Source of the DNA: Squalus acanthias
Taxonomy: Eukaryota
Reading direction: 5' to 3'
Assembly (NCBI GenBank): GCA_030390025.1
Contig: CM059432.1
Span: forward strand, 13,828,001-13,892,000
Length of the DNA: 64,000 bases
Shown: positions 26,503-63,912 of the stretch, in pieces
Layout of the letters: each line of letters opens with the position of its first letter
Numbering within the stretch: the first letter of the stretch is position 1
Position numbers and translations under genes: made by a program
The notes under the pieces: model-generated
Told to the model about the DNA's origin: nothing
Database searches by the model: none
The model's input: only the letters and a program-made list of their open reading frames with translations

Positions 26503-27180
26503 TGCAGCACAGAAACAGGCACTTTGGCCCAACTAGTCTGTGCTGGTGCTTATACTCCACACGAATCTTCTCCCTTTCCAGCTACCTCATCTCAGTCTTT
26601 CAGCATATCTTTCTATTCCCTTTTCTCTCGTGTACATGTCTAGTTTCCTTTTAATATCTTGAGCTATTTGCCTCAAACACTTCATGTGGTAGCAAGTTCC
26701 ACATTCTAACCTCCTGAGTAAAGAAATTTCTAATTTCCTATTGGATTTATTAGTAACCATCTTGTATTTATGGCCCCTAGGTTTGGATTCTCCCACAAAT
26801 GGAGACATTCTCTCCACATCTACCCTGTCCAACCCATTCATAATTTTAAAGACCTCTAAGTCTTCCCTTTTCTAAAAAAGGGGGGGGGGGAGGAGAATAA
26901 AAAAACCTGTTCAATCTTTCCTGATAGCTGTAATCTCTCAGTTCTGGTACCATTCTTGTAAATGCCTTTTGCATTTTCTCCAGTGCTTCGATGTCTTTTT
27001 TATAGTATGGAGACCACAATAGTGCACAGTGCTTGAAGTCAGCCTGACCAGGGTCCTATACAAATTTAACATAAATTAGAATTTTATACCCCTAGAAATA
27101 AATCTGCTTTTTAAAAATGTTTTAATTGCTTTGCTGACCTTTTAATGATTTGTTCACCTGTATCCCTAGATCCCATTTGC
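26503..27180 (-). mobile_element. CR1 LINE 3' fragment
   Basis: GLDRVDVERMSPFVGESKPRGHKYK; tail similar to 16430-16550. Confidence 0.85.
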
Positions 27181-27184
27181 TTAT

Positions 27185-27700
27185 GGCATATGGGCGTCGC
27201 TGGCAAGGCCAGCATTTATTGCCCAGCCCTAATTGTCCTTGAGAAGGTGGTGGTGAGCTGCCACCTTGAACTGCTGCAGTCTGTGTGGTGAAGGTACTCC
27301 CACAGTGCTGTTAGGTCGGGAGTTCCAGGATTTTGACCCAGCAACGAAGGATCGGCAATATACTTCTAAGTCAGGATGGTGTGTGACTTAGAGGTGGTGG
27401 TGTTCCCATGCGCCTGCTGCCCTTGTCCTTCTAGGTGGTAGAGGTCGCGGGTTTGGAGAAGCCTTGACGAGTTGTTGCAGTGCATCGTGTAGATGGTGCA
27501 CACTGCAGCCACGGTGCGCTGGTGGTGGAGGGAGTGAATGTTTAAGGTGGTGGATGGGGTGCAATCAAACAGGCTGCTTTGTCCTGGATGGTGTCGAGCT
27601 TCTTGTGTTGTTGGAGCTGCACTCATCCAGTGGAGAGTATTCCATCACACTCCTTACTTGTGCCTTTGTAGATGGTGGAAAGGCTTTGGGGAGTTGGGAG
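27185..27700 (-). mobile_element. Second CR1-superfamily LINE family, 3' fragment
   Basis: GGGCGTCGCTGGCAAGGCCAGCATTTATTGCCC... is the reverse complement of the 53520-53575 tail; shorter copies at about 29110-29245, 33890-33980 and 51020-51220. Confidence 0.9.
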
Positions 27701-28149
27701 GTGACTCGAGCAGTGCTGGGAAAAGGTTCAGACCTCGTGACGAAAGCAAGATCAAAGGGGTAGGTTTTGAAGGTAGGGAGGCATAGAACACGGGGGGGAA
27801 AGCATTCCAGGATATGGGACAAAGACACCATTGTCTGGTTGCTGTCTAGTATAGCAGCTAACTAAATGAGTAAAAGCAGAATAGTAGTCAGAAGTGGAAG
27901 GTATTTTTAAAATGGCTCTAATTTATACCTCTACTCCCTGGATCGTAAGTGGCATAAATAACAAGAAATGCTGTATTCAGATCATTCGGTTAGTGAAATG
28001 TGTCATGGAAGCAAAAAATGCATAATTGTGTAGTGCTGCATTTATTTTAAATTTGCTTCAATTCATTTTAGCTGCCATACTAAGTTAGTGCACCAAATAC
28101 AGATAGCTCTGTGCTTTGATTTGTATTCCACGGTAAAGGAAAGCTGGTA

Positions 28150-28345
28150 GTTCCCCTATTGGCTCAGCCAGTGCACTGTCTAGTGTTTGTGAATCATATG
28201 GACCAGGAGGGTCCCAGGTTTGATGCCTTTACACTGAGGCTCACTGTCTAGGCGTACAAATTAAAAAAAAAAAAAAATGTGAGATACCGACGGGTTACAT
28301 GCACCTGCAGAGCCATACCCTAGCTTGAGGAGACGGGAGATAAAG
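28150..28345 (+). mobile_element. AmnSINE2-like SINE fragment
   Basis: tRNA-like head (TTGGCTCAG...CCAGGTTTGATGCC) plus CTCACTGTCTAGGC and GTGAGATACCG motifs. Confidence 0.45.
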
Positions 28346-29508
28346 TGGGGACTGGCTTTGTGTTGAAGTAATTAGTCTTTGTACACTGCCTTTTTTTATT
28401 TTGCTTGGCTGTTTGTTATACCATAACATCACTATTTAATTTTGTATTAATGAGAAGTTGTCATTTTTAAGAGCCCCACTTCATTCTGCACAATTTAATT
28501 CCCATTTTAAAATTAGAATATTGCATTTTTTATACAACATATTGCATAGATTAGCACTGTATTCATATTTCTCAATTGTTTTTCATATTTCCACACACTA
28601 GTGGCCACAAAAGGCAGCTATGTGTTTTTACTTTATGGATATCTGCTTTCAGTCTGGGTCACAAGGGCCAATTCTCTTTCTTCACTTTAAAGCTCTGATC
28701 TGCTTTTAGTTTTCTTTTCTGGAACATGAAGATACAGAGTTCTATAGTAGCATTTCTAATGCTCCCTCAGCTGAATCTGCTTTTTTAATAAATGAAATAC
28801 TGCATGTGTGGTGTTGCTGTCATTTTTGTGTATTTGTAATGTCAATCCACTTAGTTACTTCTGTTCTACTCCCTCCCTGTCCAGTGTCCTCTATATATGT
28901 ACTTGAAGGCTATTGGGTTATCCTTTTGACCAACTTGCTCTAGCTATAAATAATGGGCCTGTTAAATAGGTCACAATCGAAACTGCAACAACTTTTCATT
29001 TACTGTTGACAGAATAATTACATTTTGAATGTTGAATGAAGTGGCTAAAGAATGCTCCTTGTGCTGCTGTGCATTACCCTTTCGCAGATGGACTTGTATG
29101 TTTTTATTTATTCATTCACAGGGTGTGGGCATCGTTGGCAAGGCCAGCATTTATTGCCCTTGAGAAGGTGGCAGTGAGCCGACTTCTTGAACCACTTTAG
29201 TCCATGTGATGCAGGTGCTTTCACAGTGCTGTTGGGTAGGGGGCTTGATAACGAACATTTTATCGGAATGGTAAAACTAAAGGTATATCTTTGGAATACT
29301 TATCCCTAGCATTTTTCAGCACTTGTGTATATTGTGGTTTTTATTTTAAATATGGTACTCCACTAAATGCATGATGGGATAAGCCTAGTAGTTTTGAGAC
29401 CAAGATGATGGTCCTGCCAATATTGGGGCAAGCTGGTCAACAAAATTGGTAGCTGTTTAAAATGATTTTATTTAAATAAAAGCCATATGGATTTAAAAGT
29501 TATGACCT

Positions 29509-29920
29509 TCTGAGTCAGAAGGTTGTGGGTTCAAGTCCCACTCCAGAGACTTGAGCACAAAAATCTAGGCTGACACTCCAGTGCAGTACTGAGGGAGTGC
29601 TGCACTTTTGGAGGTGCTGTCTTTCAGATGAGACGTTTATTCGAGGCCCCTTCTGCTCTCGGGTAGATTTAAAAGATCCTATGGCACTATTTCAAAGAGC
29701 AGGGGAGTTATCCCTGGTGACCTAGCCAATATTTATCCCTCAATCAACATCACTAAAAAAAACATTATCTGGTCATTGCCACATTGCTGTTTGTGGGAGC
29801 TTGCTGTGTGCAAATTAGCTGCCGTGTTTCCTACACTTCAAAAAGTACTTCATTGGCTGTAAACCACTTTGGGAACGTCCAGTGGTTGTGAAAGGTGCTA
29901 TATAAATGCAAGTCATTTTT
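29509..29920 (+). mobile_element. DeuSINE (SacSINE1-like)
   Basis: TCTGAGTCAGAAGGTTGTGGGTTCAAGTCCCACTCCAGAGACTTGAGCAC... through ...TATATAAATGCAAGTC. Confidence 0.9.
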
Positions 29921-31074
29921 TACATGATCTTGACCTACAGCTGTTTAAAAGTTAAGCTAAAACACAGCACTAGGATTTATCTGGAGTTATGAAATCTCTT
30001 CTACAGGCCACGTCCCTGTGCCCCCTCTGTATAAAGGTGGACAGCATGCTACAGAACCTTCAGTTGGCCAGTGTGCTGGCAGCCATGTGACATAAGCTAT
30101 TTTAATTGGATTCCAGGAGCTAGCGCCCAGTGTTTATGCTGTTAAACCTGTTCTCTGTTGCTCAGTGGTATATTTGGAGACTCCGTTTTACCTAAGCTGC
30201 TGGGCAAACTGATTCAAAAGTATAGTACAAGCTGGCTCATGGATGCTGGGCTCCCAGAATCCAAATTAAATGAACAGTATAAAAGCAGCTTCTAGTTCCT
30301 TATTCCCAAATTTCCTTCTCCCTTCTCTCTCCCCTGCCCCCCCCCCACCAAAAAAAAAGTATGCTTAAGTTTATTTGGGTTAGAAAGTTCCAGTGTTAGT
30401 GAAATGAACTACTTCATGGTAGGTATATGGTAAAAGAAAGATTGCATTTAAATAGCGCCTTTCACAACCTCCGGACATCCCAAAGTGCTTTACAATCGAT
30501 GAAGTACTTTTAAGTGCAGTTACTGTTGTAATGAGGGAAATGCAGCAGTGTGTTGAACTCGAGGAGAATAACTATGCAAGGCGCTGGCAGCTATTCAACT
30601 TGACTTGGAATCTTGTGTCTGTGTGTTAGAAGTAGCACTTTGACATTTACAGGGGCTGGCACCAGAATTATTGTATGCTGACCTTTTCTTAAACATGTCC
30701 CTTTACTTTTTCTAAAATAAAAGGATCTTGCAAAGTTATATGTATACTTAACCTATTCTGGATGGATTGACATTCACTTTTCTCAGTAATTCATTTCAAA
30801 GGAAATACATTGTAGCCACTGAGATGAAAGTATTGTATTAAAAGCTGAGAATAATCTGGTATAACATCTTTTACAGTTACATTTTGGTACAAATCCTATT
30901 GATATTAGTCTGTAAATAGTTTGACAATATACTTTAGAATGTTGCCAGTGCATTTTCATGTTTCGTGCTGGAATCTGACTTGGAAATGTTTTTTATAGGG
31001 AGCGTATTCAGTCTCTTCCCCCTTCTTTCCTTTCTTCCCCCCCCCCCCCCCCCCCCCCCTCAAAGCAGTAAATG

Positions 31075-31175
31075 ACCAGTTTTGACAAGAGGTCCACACC
31101 AAAATGTTAACTCTACTGTTCTTAACAGATGCTGTCTGACCTGCTGAGTGTTTCCAGCATTTTCTGTTTTTTAGT
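31075..31175 (+). mobile_element. Degenerate copy of the same Penelope-derived short repeat
   Basis: Reverse-complement similarity to 49840-49940; hammerhead core mutated. Confidence 0.55.
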
Positions 31176-31228
31176 TTAATACAGCATGTTACATGATTGA
31201 CAAATTTGAGAAGGTTTTTAAAAAGTAG

Positions 31229-31620
31229 GAAAGAAAGAACTTGCACTTGCATAAAGTACTTCACTGCCAATTAAGTACTATTGAATTATTTTTGTAGTGA
31301 CAGTTGTAATATAGAGAAATGTGACTGCCAATTGGCAGACAGCAAGGTTCCCAAAACAGCAATGAGATAAATGACCAGATAAATTTTTTTGTGATGTATG
31401 GGGATAAATATTAGCTAGGACACTAGGAGAACTCCCTTGCTTTTCTTTTGACTAGTGCTATGGGATCTTTTACATCCACCCGAGGCGAGGCCTTGGTTCA
31501 ACATCTCATCCAAAAGACAGCACATTTGACAGTGCAGCTCTGCACTGAAATGTCTGCTTTGATTATGTGCTCAACCTTGTGATTCTGGTGAGAATGCTAT
31601 TATTGAGGCAAGGCTGACTA
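31229..31620 (-). mobile_element. DeuSINE (SacSINE1-like), degenerate
   Basis: Reverse complement similar to 29509-29920; a partial copy is also at about 30435-30550. Confidence 0.75.
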
Positions 31621-34577
31621 AACCATTGCCTCTGCCCTGCGCTGTTTAGATTTGATTAAAAAATGGTCACAAGTGCTTTCCGTAATGTTGTAATCTGATT
31701 GCAACCAGTTATAGCTCTAAACTACAAGTAACTTTATATTTAAAAAAAAAAGTTAAAATATGACCAGTGAAAATTGAATATAACCTGACTTATCTACTCA
31801 ACCATCTGTATAAGATCACTACTACTCCATGTTAGGCTGGAATCAGGAACAGATAGTTTGGGAGAGGTCATAAGCCTGAAGAAGGTTAGAGGTAGGGACA
31901 GGCAAGGCTATGTAGGGATTCAAGGACAAGAATTTTGAATTTGAGGCAGGTTCTATGGATAACTTTCACTTATGGAACAGCAGCATACTTTTTTATGCTT
32001 CAGCGATCATACCATTGAAATATATTGTGTTGGAATCAAATGGTAAAGATAAGGAATGAAGCAGTAGGAAGGAAAATAACTTTCTGCACGCCCACTCTAC
32101 TTGTATTGTTTAATACTGCATGGCCGCCAATGAATGATGAAGCTGTAATTACACTAAGATGCTTGTGTAGACCTTGATTAGATTACTGTCTTAAATGTGA
32201 CAGCAATTGGTTATATTTAGACAGTTGTGAACTGATTTAAAAAAATAATAATAATCTAGAACTTTTTAGCTGCAGATTTTTATTGTCGTCCAAGGCCTAG
32301 TAACTCCATGGGGGAAGGTTAGTACCGACATATTTACAGTCCTATATTGAAATACCTATTTGGCAACATTGTTAAATTGCATCGTGACATTGACAGCTGC
32401 CATTAACACTTATTGCTTCTGAATTTGTAAAATTCTTCCTTGTGTAGGGAATTGGCATACAAACTGGAAATGAGGCAAAAGTACACACCAGTTTGGTACC
32501 ATTTCTGTGCCATCTGCAATTCCATTCCAAAAAGCCATCTCCCACAATGTCAAGTCTGGAGACAAACAATAAACTAATTCAAATCAGTATGAGTTCTGCA
32601 GTTGTATAGATCGTAGATTAATGTGGATCACCTGTAATTCACCAGTGACTGATGATCCATAAAGGCTTACTATAAATTATTGCTGTAATACTGTTTCAGG
32701 TTAAATTTTGTTTGATAAAGTAGTGAATTCTTCCCCTCCCCACCTACTACTATTGCTAAGTTATACTTGGTAACTGTACAGCATTGCTTTCTTTCTAATC
32801 CTCTGATTAGGCTGCTACCACAGTTATGGGCTCAAGGACCTGTAATGTAACAAAATGGGGGAATGGGGGGAAACATTTAAATCAATGAGAAAATATTGGC
32901 ATGCTACTATGGGGTTTTTCATTATAAATGTTGATATGAAGGTGTTGGCCAAGTTGTGAAATCAGGAAGTAAGATTTGTTGACAATTGTGCCATATGCAA
33001 ATTTTCTAATTTTTTGATAGATGAATGCTGCTGGGTTGGATTGTTTCCCTGGCAGAAGCAGCTGTTGTATCTCTTCACACATTTTAGGTATATAAAGCCT
33101 CAAATTTTCATCCTGAATTACATCGAATATACTGCACAGAAAAAGGCCATTCAGCCCAACCAGTCCAGTTTATGCTCCACTCGAGCCTAAAAATTCTTAA
33201 AACATAATATTGCTTTTAACTTGCAAAAGTGCAATAAAAATGGCCTCATTAAACATCCATTTAGTGAAAGTTAGGAACCTAAAGTGGACTAAATTCATAA
33301 TGCCAAAGAGGTTGGAAAAAGGGAGGTAATTGTACCAGGAACAAATTGTTATTAAATCAACTGGGGACAGCTGGCAAAATCACTAATGTGGAAACTGATT
33401 TGCTGGAAGACTTAATTTTCCATTTTGGGGGTCTTGGTTTCCTATGCAAGCCATTTACCCATAAGTTTGAGTTTAATACTTATATTGTGGTCTTTAGAGT
33501 AGTAGATAAAAATCTGAATACAAGAATTATGGAGAATATGCCTCTGGTACTCAAACCTGAAATAATGCAAGTGTAATTATGATGCTCTGCCACACAAACA
33601 CTAAGATTTTAAATCAGAACTAGATGGTGTGTGGGAGTTAACTAGAGTAGTAGGGATTTATCCTGTCCCCATATGTAGGAAAGCACCAATTAAGACATTT
33701 AAAACAATTATTTGTAGGGCATGATCTGGTCAGTATCCAGCTTTCCCAATAGTTCTACCTCCCTCTGCTGGACAACTTCAGGGGTATTTCAGAAGGAACC
33801 AACTTCAATGTTACCTGTACTATTGAAACGGCTTTGTTGGTCACCCTTAAAAGTTAGAGCAAATAATTTCTGTTGTCTACCTGGATGTTTTTTAATTCAT
33901 TCTTGGGATGTGAGGGTTGCTGGCATTTATTGGCTATTCCTAGTTGCCCTGGTGGAGGGCTGCCTTCTTGAACCACTGGTAGCACGTCGTACCTGAGTGG
34001 CTTGCTAGGCCACTTCAGAAGGCAGTTAGGCCATTAGTGTGGGACTGAAGTCACGTACACCAGACCCGGTAAGGACAGCTATGCGTCCCTAAAGGACATT
34101 AGTGGACCAGCTTTGGTCACTTTTACTAATAGCATTTTAATTTCCAGATTTTAATACTAAATTCAAATTCTCAAACTTTCATGGTGGGATTTGAACTCCT
34201 TCTCTGGATTATTGGTCCAGTAACAACCACTACACTACTGTGCCTGTTGAAATTCAAAGTATTCAGTGGACATAGTACCAATACACAACCAGCTGTTACA
34301 ATTGTTTCACATGGCTCAGCATTAGGTGGGCCTTGTCAGCTGTCATTCAATCTGCAGAAGTCCCATTCATGTGCAAACTACAGAAATTCAAACAAATGTA
34401 CATTGCCCAGCACTTAACCTAGTGTACATCTAGAACCTATGCTCTGGTATTGTAGAGACCACTTATGTACAGAATAAGACAAAGGGATAAATAGTCTGTC
34501 TTCTCTCAGGCAGAAGTGAGAGTGACTGCCAGCATTCCACTAGTATGGTATCAAGGAGCCCTAATAATAAAAACTGG

Positions 34578-35535
34578 TAAATAGGGGATCACAGGGAAAT
34601 CTCTAGTGGCTGGAGTCATACCTAGCACAAAGGAAGATGGTTATGGTTGTTGGAGGCCAATCATCTCAGTCCCAGGACATCACTGAAGAATTCCTCAGGG
34701 CAGTGTCCTTGGCCCAACTATCTTCAACTGCTTCATCAATTACCTTCCCTCCATCATAGTCAGCAGTGGGGCTGTCTACTGATGATTGTAGTGTTCAGTT
34801 CCATTCACAATTCCTCATAATGAAGCAGTCCATGCTTGTATGCAGCAAGGCTTAGGTAATTAACATTTGTGCTGCATAACTGCAAGGCAATGACCATCTC
34901 CAACAAGAAAGTTTAACTACCTCTCCTTGACATTACTATCACTGGGTCCCCTACCATCAACATCCTGGGGTTCACCATTGACCAGAAATTCAACTGAATC
35001 AGCCACATAAATGTCATAGCTACTAGAGGTCAGAGGCTGGGTATTCTGTGGTGAGCAGCTCACCAGCTGGCAACTCAAAGCCTATCCACCACTTACAAGA
35101 CACAAGTCAGGACTGTGGTGGAATACTCTCCACTTGCCTGGCTGTGTGCAGTTGCAACAACATGAAGTTCAACACCATCCAGGACAAAGCAGTCTGCCTG
35201 ATCGACAGCTGTCCACCACCATAAACAGCTACTCCCTCCACCACCGCTGCAGTGTTGGCTACAGGATGCACTGCAAAAACTTGCCAAGGCTTCTTTGACA
35301 GCATATCCCAAACCCCTGACCTCAACCACCTAAAAGGACATGGGCAGCAGGTGCTTGGGAACATCATCACCTCCAAGTTCCCCTATGCCACACACCATTC
35401 TGACTTAAAACACTTATATTGCTGTTCCTTCATAGTCAGTCAAAATCCTGGCGCTCCCTACCTAACCGCACTGTGGGAGTACCTTCACCGCACAGACTGT
35501 AGCGGTTCAAGAAGGGCAACTAAGGATGAACAATA
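34578..35535 (+). mobile_element. Second CR1-superfamily LINE family fragment
   Basis: Colinear with 52510-53545 ([11 protein letters not shown]..., CCATCAACATCCTGGGG...). Confidence 0.85.
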
Positions 35536-36522
35536 ACATTTTTATAATAAATATTTAAATTAACTTTTAGCAAAAGAATTTGACAAGAATTATGCATTAA
35601 TCTGGTGTAAATGTATATATAATGCTGCAAATATTGCATTTCAGGATTTTTTGACCATTTTTTAAAGGTTTTAAAATTAGTTACGTTAAGTTTTGAAAAC
35701 ATTGGATTTGCACTGGTTTAAGAAATGAGGCTGTGGTGGCGTGTGGCAGAGTCCCATTTGAGTTTGATCTTTGGCATCTGAGACACTTGTCATATTCCAT
35801 CACCACACTGTTGATCTTTGATAGCTTCAATTTGCCCAAAATGGCACCAGCTTGTCACATCAGTGTGAATGCACTTACTGACTTCTTTCCACCTTCATGA
35901 TGAAAGGAACTATCTTTTCCTGCAACCTCCATGTCTTTGTTAAATACTCTTACTACAGGACGGTAACCAATGAGAACCAATACTTAACTGTAGAGTGCTC
36001 AACAGAAGAGAATTGACAACTTGGAGCCAAAAAGAATCAAAACATACATCTAATTTTTGTCCAACAAATTGTATTGAAACTAACTTAGTGGGAGTTGGAA
36101 TGCATGTCCTCATAAACCCAACACTGCGTGTGGGTGCCAAGAGTAACTGCACGTATACTATTTTTGGGTGTGTGAGCAATGAAGTTTTTCTTCCAGCTGT
36201 GGAAGGAGAGACTGTGATAGAATGAAGTTGCATGGGGAGGACATAATTAATGGCTTGAGCTAAATGCCTGAAATTAATATGGGTGGATCTATTGCAAGGG
36301 GAACATTTATTCTGGAAAAAAAAAAATCAGCTATTGGGGTACTTATTTTGCAACAGTTGCTGCCAAGCAGATTGAAATAAACTGTCCTGGTAGTACAGAA
36401 AACTATGACAACCTTTCTATTTGTATACTGAGTTCTGTGGTGCAAGAGTGGGAATAAAAGCCAGTATCTGTATTTAATAAAACAGCACCACAGGTTCAGG
36501 CTTTATGGTGGGAAGAAAACAC

Positions 36523-36528
36523 TTTATT
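36523..36528 (-). terminator. NDUFV2: Likely NDUFV2 polyadenylation signal AATAAA
   Basis: TTTATT on the plus strand about 90 nt past the stop codon, followed on the minus strand by U/GU-rich sequence. Confidence 0.7.
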
Positions 36529-36616
36529 TTATATACATTTATACTTTGTGTGCACAGAGACACTGAGATAACTTCAAGTTCAAGACATAACTGATCTTGT
36601 AGATGGAAAGAGCTGG

Positions 36617-61385
<24,769 letters not shown>

Positions 61386-61569
61386 TTTGAAAGTTGGTAG
61401 ACTGAATAGATTACAGTCGGGCTTTCTCATTCATTATGTGAGTAGAGTGACAAGACATGAGAAGACACAATAACGAATCTATGCCTGTAAATAAAACAGG
61501 CACACAAAATAAAAATAGGGGGCAGAGGGACAGGGCAGCACACTGGATTCTTGCCTGGTACATCATGCA

Positions 61570-61675
61570 CTTCACCTGAGGAAGGAGCAAATCGATAGCT
61601 CCGAAAGCTTGTGATTTCAAATAAAACTGTTGGACTATAACCTGGTGTTGTGCGACCTCTCAATTTTGTCCACAT
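61570..61675 (+). mobile_element. Penelope-like element terminal fragment
   Basis: HHR motif followed by ...TTTCAAATAAAACTGTTGGACTATAACCTGGTGTTGTG..., typical of chondrichthyan Penelope ends (recalled). Confidence 0.65.
61572..61614 (+). ncRNA. Minimal type I hammerhead ribozyme motif in a Penelope-derived fragment
   Basis: TCAC-CTGAGGA-A-GGAGC aaatcgata GCTCC-GAAA-GC-TT-GTGA: stem I, core CUGANGA/GAAA, stem II, palindromic stem III (AAGCTT). Confidence 0.7.
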
Positions 61676-62015
61676 CATGGAGTGGCAGGGTACTGGTTCA
61701 CATTCATAATCCTCCATATGGAGGATGTGTGGCTGCGGTGTTCAAAGCAGCACTAGTGAAGGTATGGGAACAGTTCCCTCACCTTCAAGTTACAAAGGAG
61801 GTCTCAAGATAAGGGAAAGAACAGAAAAAAATATATTAAGGGAGGAACAGTCATGCCCACAACATAAATACACTACATTTACAATTTTTAAAAAAACTAA
61901 TGGAACATATTATCAGCTCAACAACAGATTATAATGCACAATGTTCTATTATACCAACCATGCTTTGGAAATTTTTAATTCAAAATAACTGTATTCTGAA
62001 TATGGTCATGGCACT

Positions 62016-63200
62016 TTAAGAGTTGCTTTCTCTCACTTTGCATCTCTTAATATAGCAATATGCTTCCTCGCTAAACCCTGATGAAGGGTGCGGTGGAGGG
62101 GGAAGGGGGGCTGTTTCTGCATTAAATCCTTTCAATTTAGGGCCTTCAGCCATAACCAACAGCTGTTCATGCTGAGCTTGTGACAACTGGTTCCTGAACT
62201 GGAATTTCAAAAAGTGCATCTTTGAAAATCCTCTTCGCAACAGAGGACACTGACACTACCATCAGACCAAAGGCATCAGGGTTCTTTTGAGTGCAACTCA
62301 AGTCCAATCTAGTGATGGTGGACATTTGTTCCACCTTTGAAGATGTATTATACAGTTGTTCGAGTACAAAAACTGCTGTGAATGTCCACAAGAGCACTCT
62401 GGCTTCAGAGGCCATTTTTACCAAAATTAGAGAACTTCAACAGGTTGTCAAGATCTTGGGAACACTGGCAACACCACTGTTCAAAAATACCTCAAGCAGG
62501 CCCATTCACCACAAGGGATTAGATCAGTAAATGGCCTTTCAGGTTGGGCAGGAAAGAAATAGTAAATAAAACAGTCCAGGAAGAGTGGCATTGAAATTTC
62601 CATCTCCCAATCTTGCTTATTTCTTCTGCCACTAACTACAAATCGCGAAATGGGCTCTCTGGAAATCGAGCCTGCATTCTTTGTATGCTGGCACACTTCT
62701 ATACCGAGCAGTGCACCCACCAGCTGAGCTACTGGGGTACCTCTATTCATTTTACCTAAAAAAAATACACTCAGGTGAAATCGAGCAACTATCTTTCTCA
62801 TCAGCTAATTAAATCTATTGTTCACCCAAGTGCATTTAAAATGATTTAATAGCAAGTTTGTACGAGTGTTTAACTGCCAGCGGCAACTCCTAGGTCAACT
62901 AAGTAAATGAACTGGAGATCCTACCGCTGTATGCGGCGCACAACACCAAAGTGATTTATCTAATGACATGACCTCAGACAGTAAATGTAAATGCAGCCAC
63001 TGAAGGCAAAGGTACCCAAAAAAACTGACGTACTCCTGTGTGTCCAGTACAAGCTGTTGCACTATCATTGGCCTGTATAGACCTTCCCAGGCAGTGGGAA
63101 ATGTAGTAGCTCCACTGACTAATTTCGGTTTCATACATAGCAAACATGTGTATGCAGATTGATCTGGTTGCTGTAGAAACCATTACACCATTTAAATGGT
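62016..63200 (-). mobile_element. hAT transposase fossil (C-terminal dimerisation domain); upstream boundary approximate
   Basis: VSVSSVA / RGFSKMHFLKFQFRNQLSQAQHEQLLVMAEGPKLKGFNAETA resembles the hAT/ZNF862-type S.A.CERGFS.M..IKT..RN.L...GP....F motif. Confidence 0.7.
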
Positions 63201-63334
63201 ACAATTACTAAACTGGAAACTGATGTTGGAGATACAAATGCAAAATTAGACTTTATTTACAGACCAAAACTGATCTACAACAATCACAATCTTATACAGC
63301 TCTCTTTTTCTGAACACAATTTCCAGTTTGCAAC

Positions 63335-63912
63335 TCATAGAATGATACAACACAGTAGGAGGCCATTCGGCCCATTGTGCCTGTGCTGGCTCTTTGAAAG
63401 AGCTATCCAATTAGTCCTACTCCACTGCTCTTTCCTCATAGCCCTGCAAATTTTTCTTTTACAAGTATTTATCCAATTCCCTTTTGAAAGTTATTACTGA
63501 ATCTGCTTCCACAACCCTATCAGGCAGCGCATTCCAGATCATCATAACTCATTGCAGATTTTTTTTCCCCTCATGTCACCTCTGGTTCCTTTGCCAATCA
63601 CCTTAACTTTGCCACTGGAAACAGGTTCTCATTTACTCTATCAAAATCATTCATGATTTTGAACACCTCTATCAAATCTCCTCTTAACCTTCTCTGCTCT
63701 AAAGAGAACAACCCCAGCTTCTCCAGTCTCTCTACATAACTGAAGACCTGCATCCCTGGTACCATTCTAGTAAATCTCCTCTGCGCCCTCTCTAAGGCCT
63801 TGACATCCTTCCAGAGTTGGCCACAATACTCCAGCTGGGGCCTAACCAGTGTTTTATAAAGGTCTAGCATAACCTCTTTGCTTTTGTACTCTATGCCTCT
63901 ATTTATAAAGCG
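63335..63912 (-). mobile_element. CR1 LINE 3' fragment
   Basis: LYKTLVRPQLEYC...LEKLGLFSLEQRRLRGDLIEVFKIM; tail CATAGAATGATACAACACAG. Confidence 0.92.

Noticed and set aside
31078..31112. Third hammerhead-like motif
   Set aside because: The core is mutated (CTGATGA to TTGACAA, GAAA to AAAA) and stem II is damaged; predicted inactive.
62075..62120. CTGATGA heptamer as a possible hammerhead
   Set aside because: No stem II followed by GAAA and no stem I partner; a chance match.
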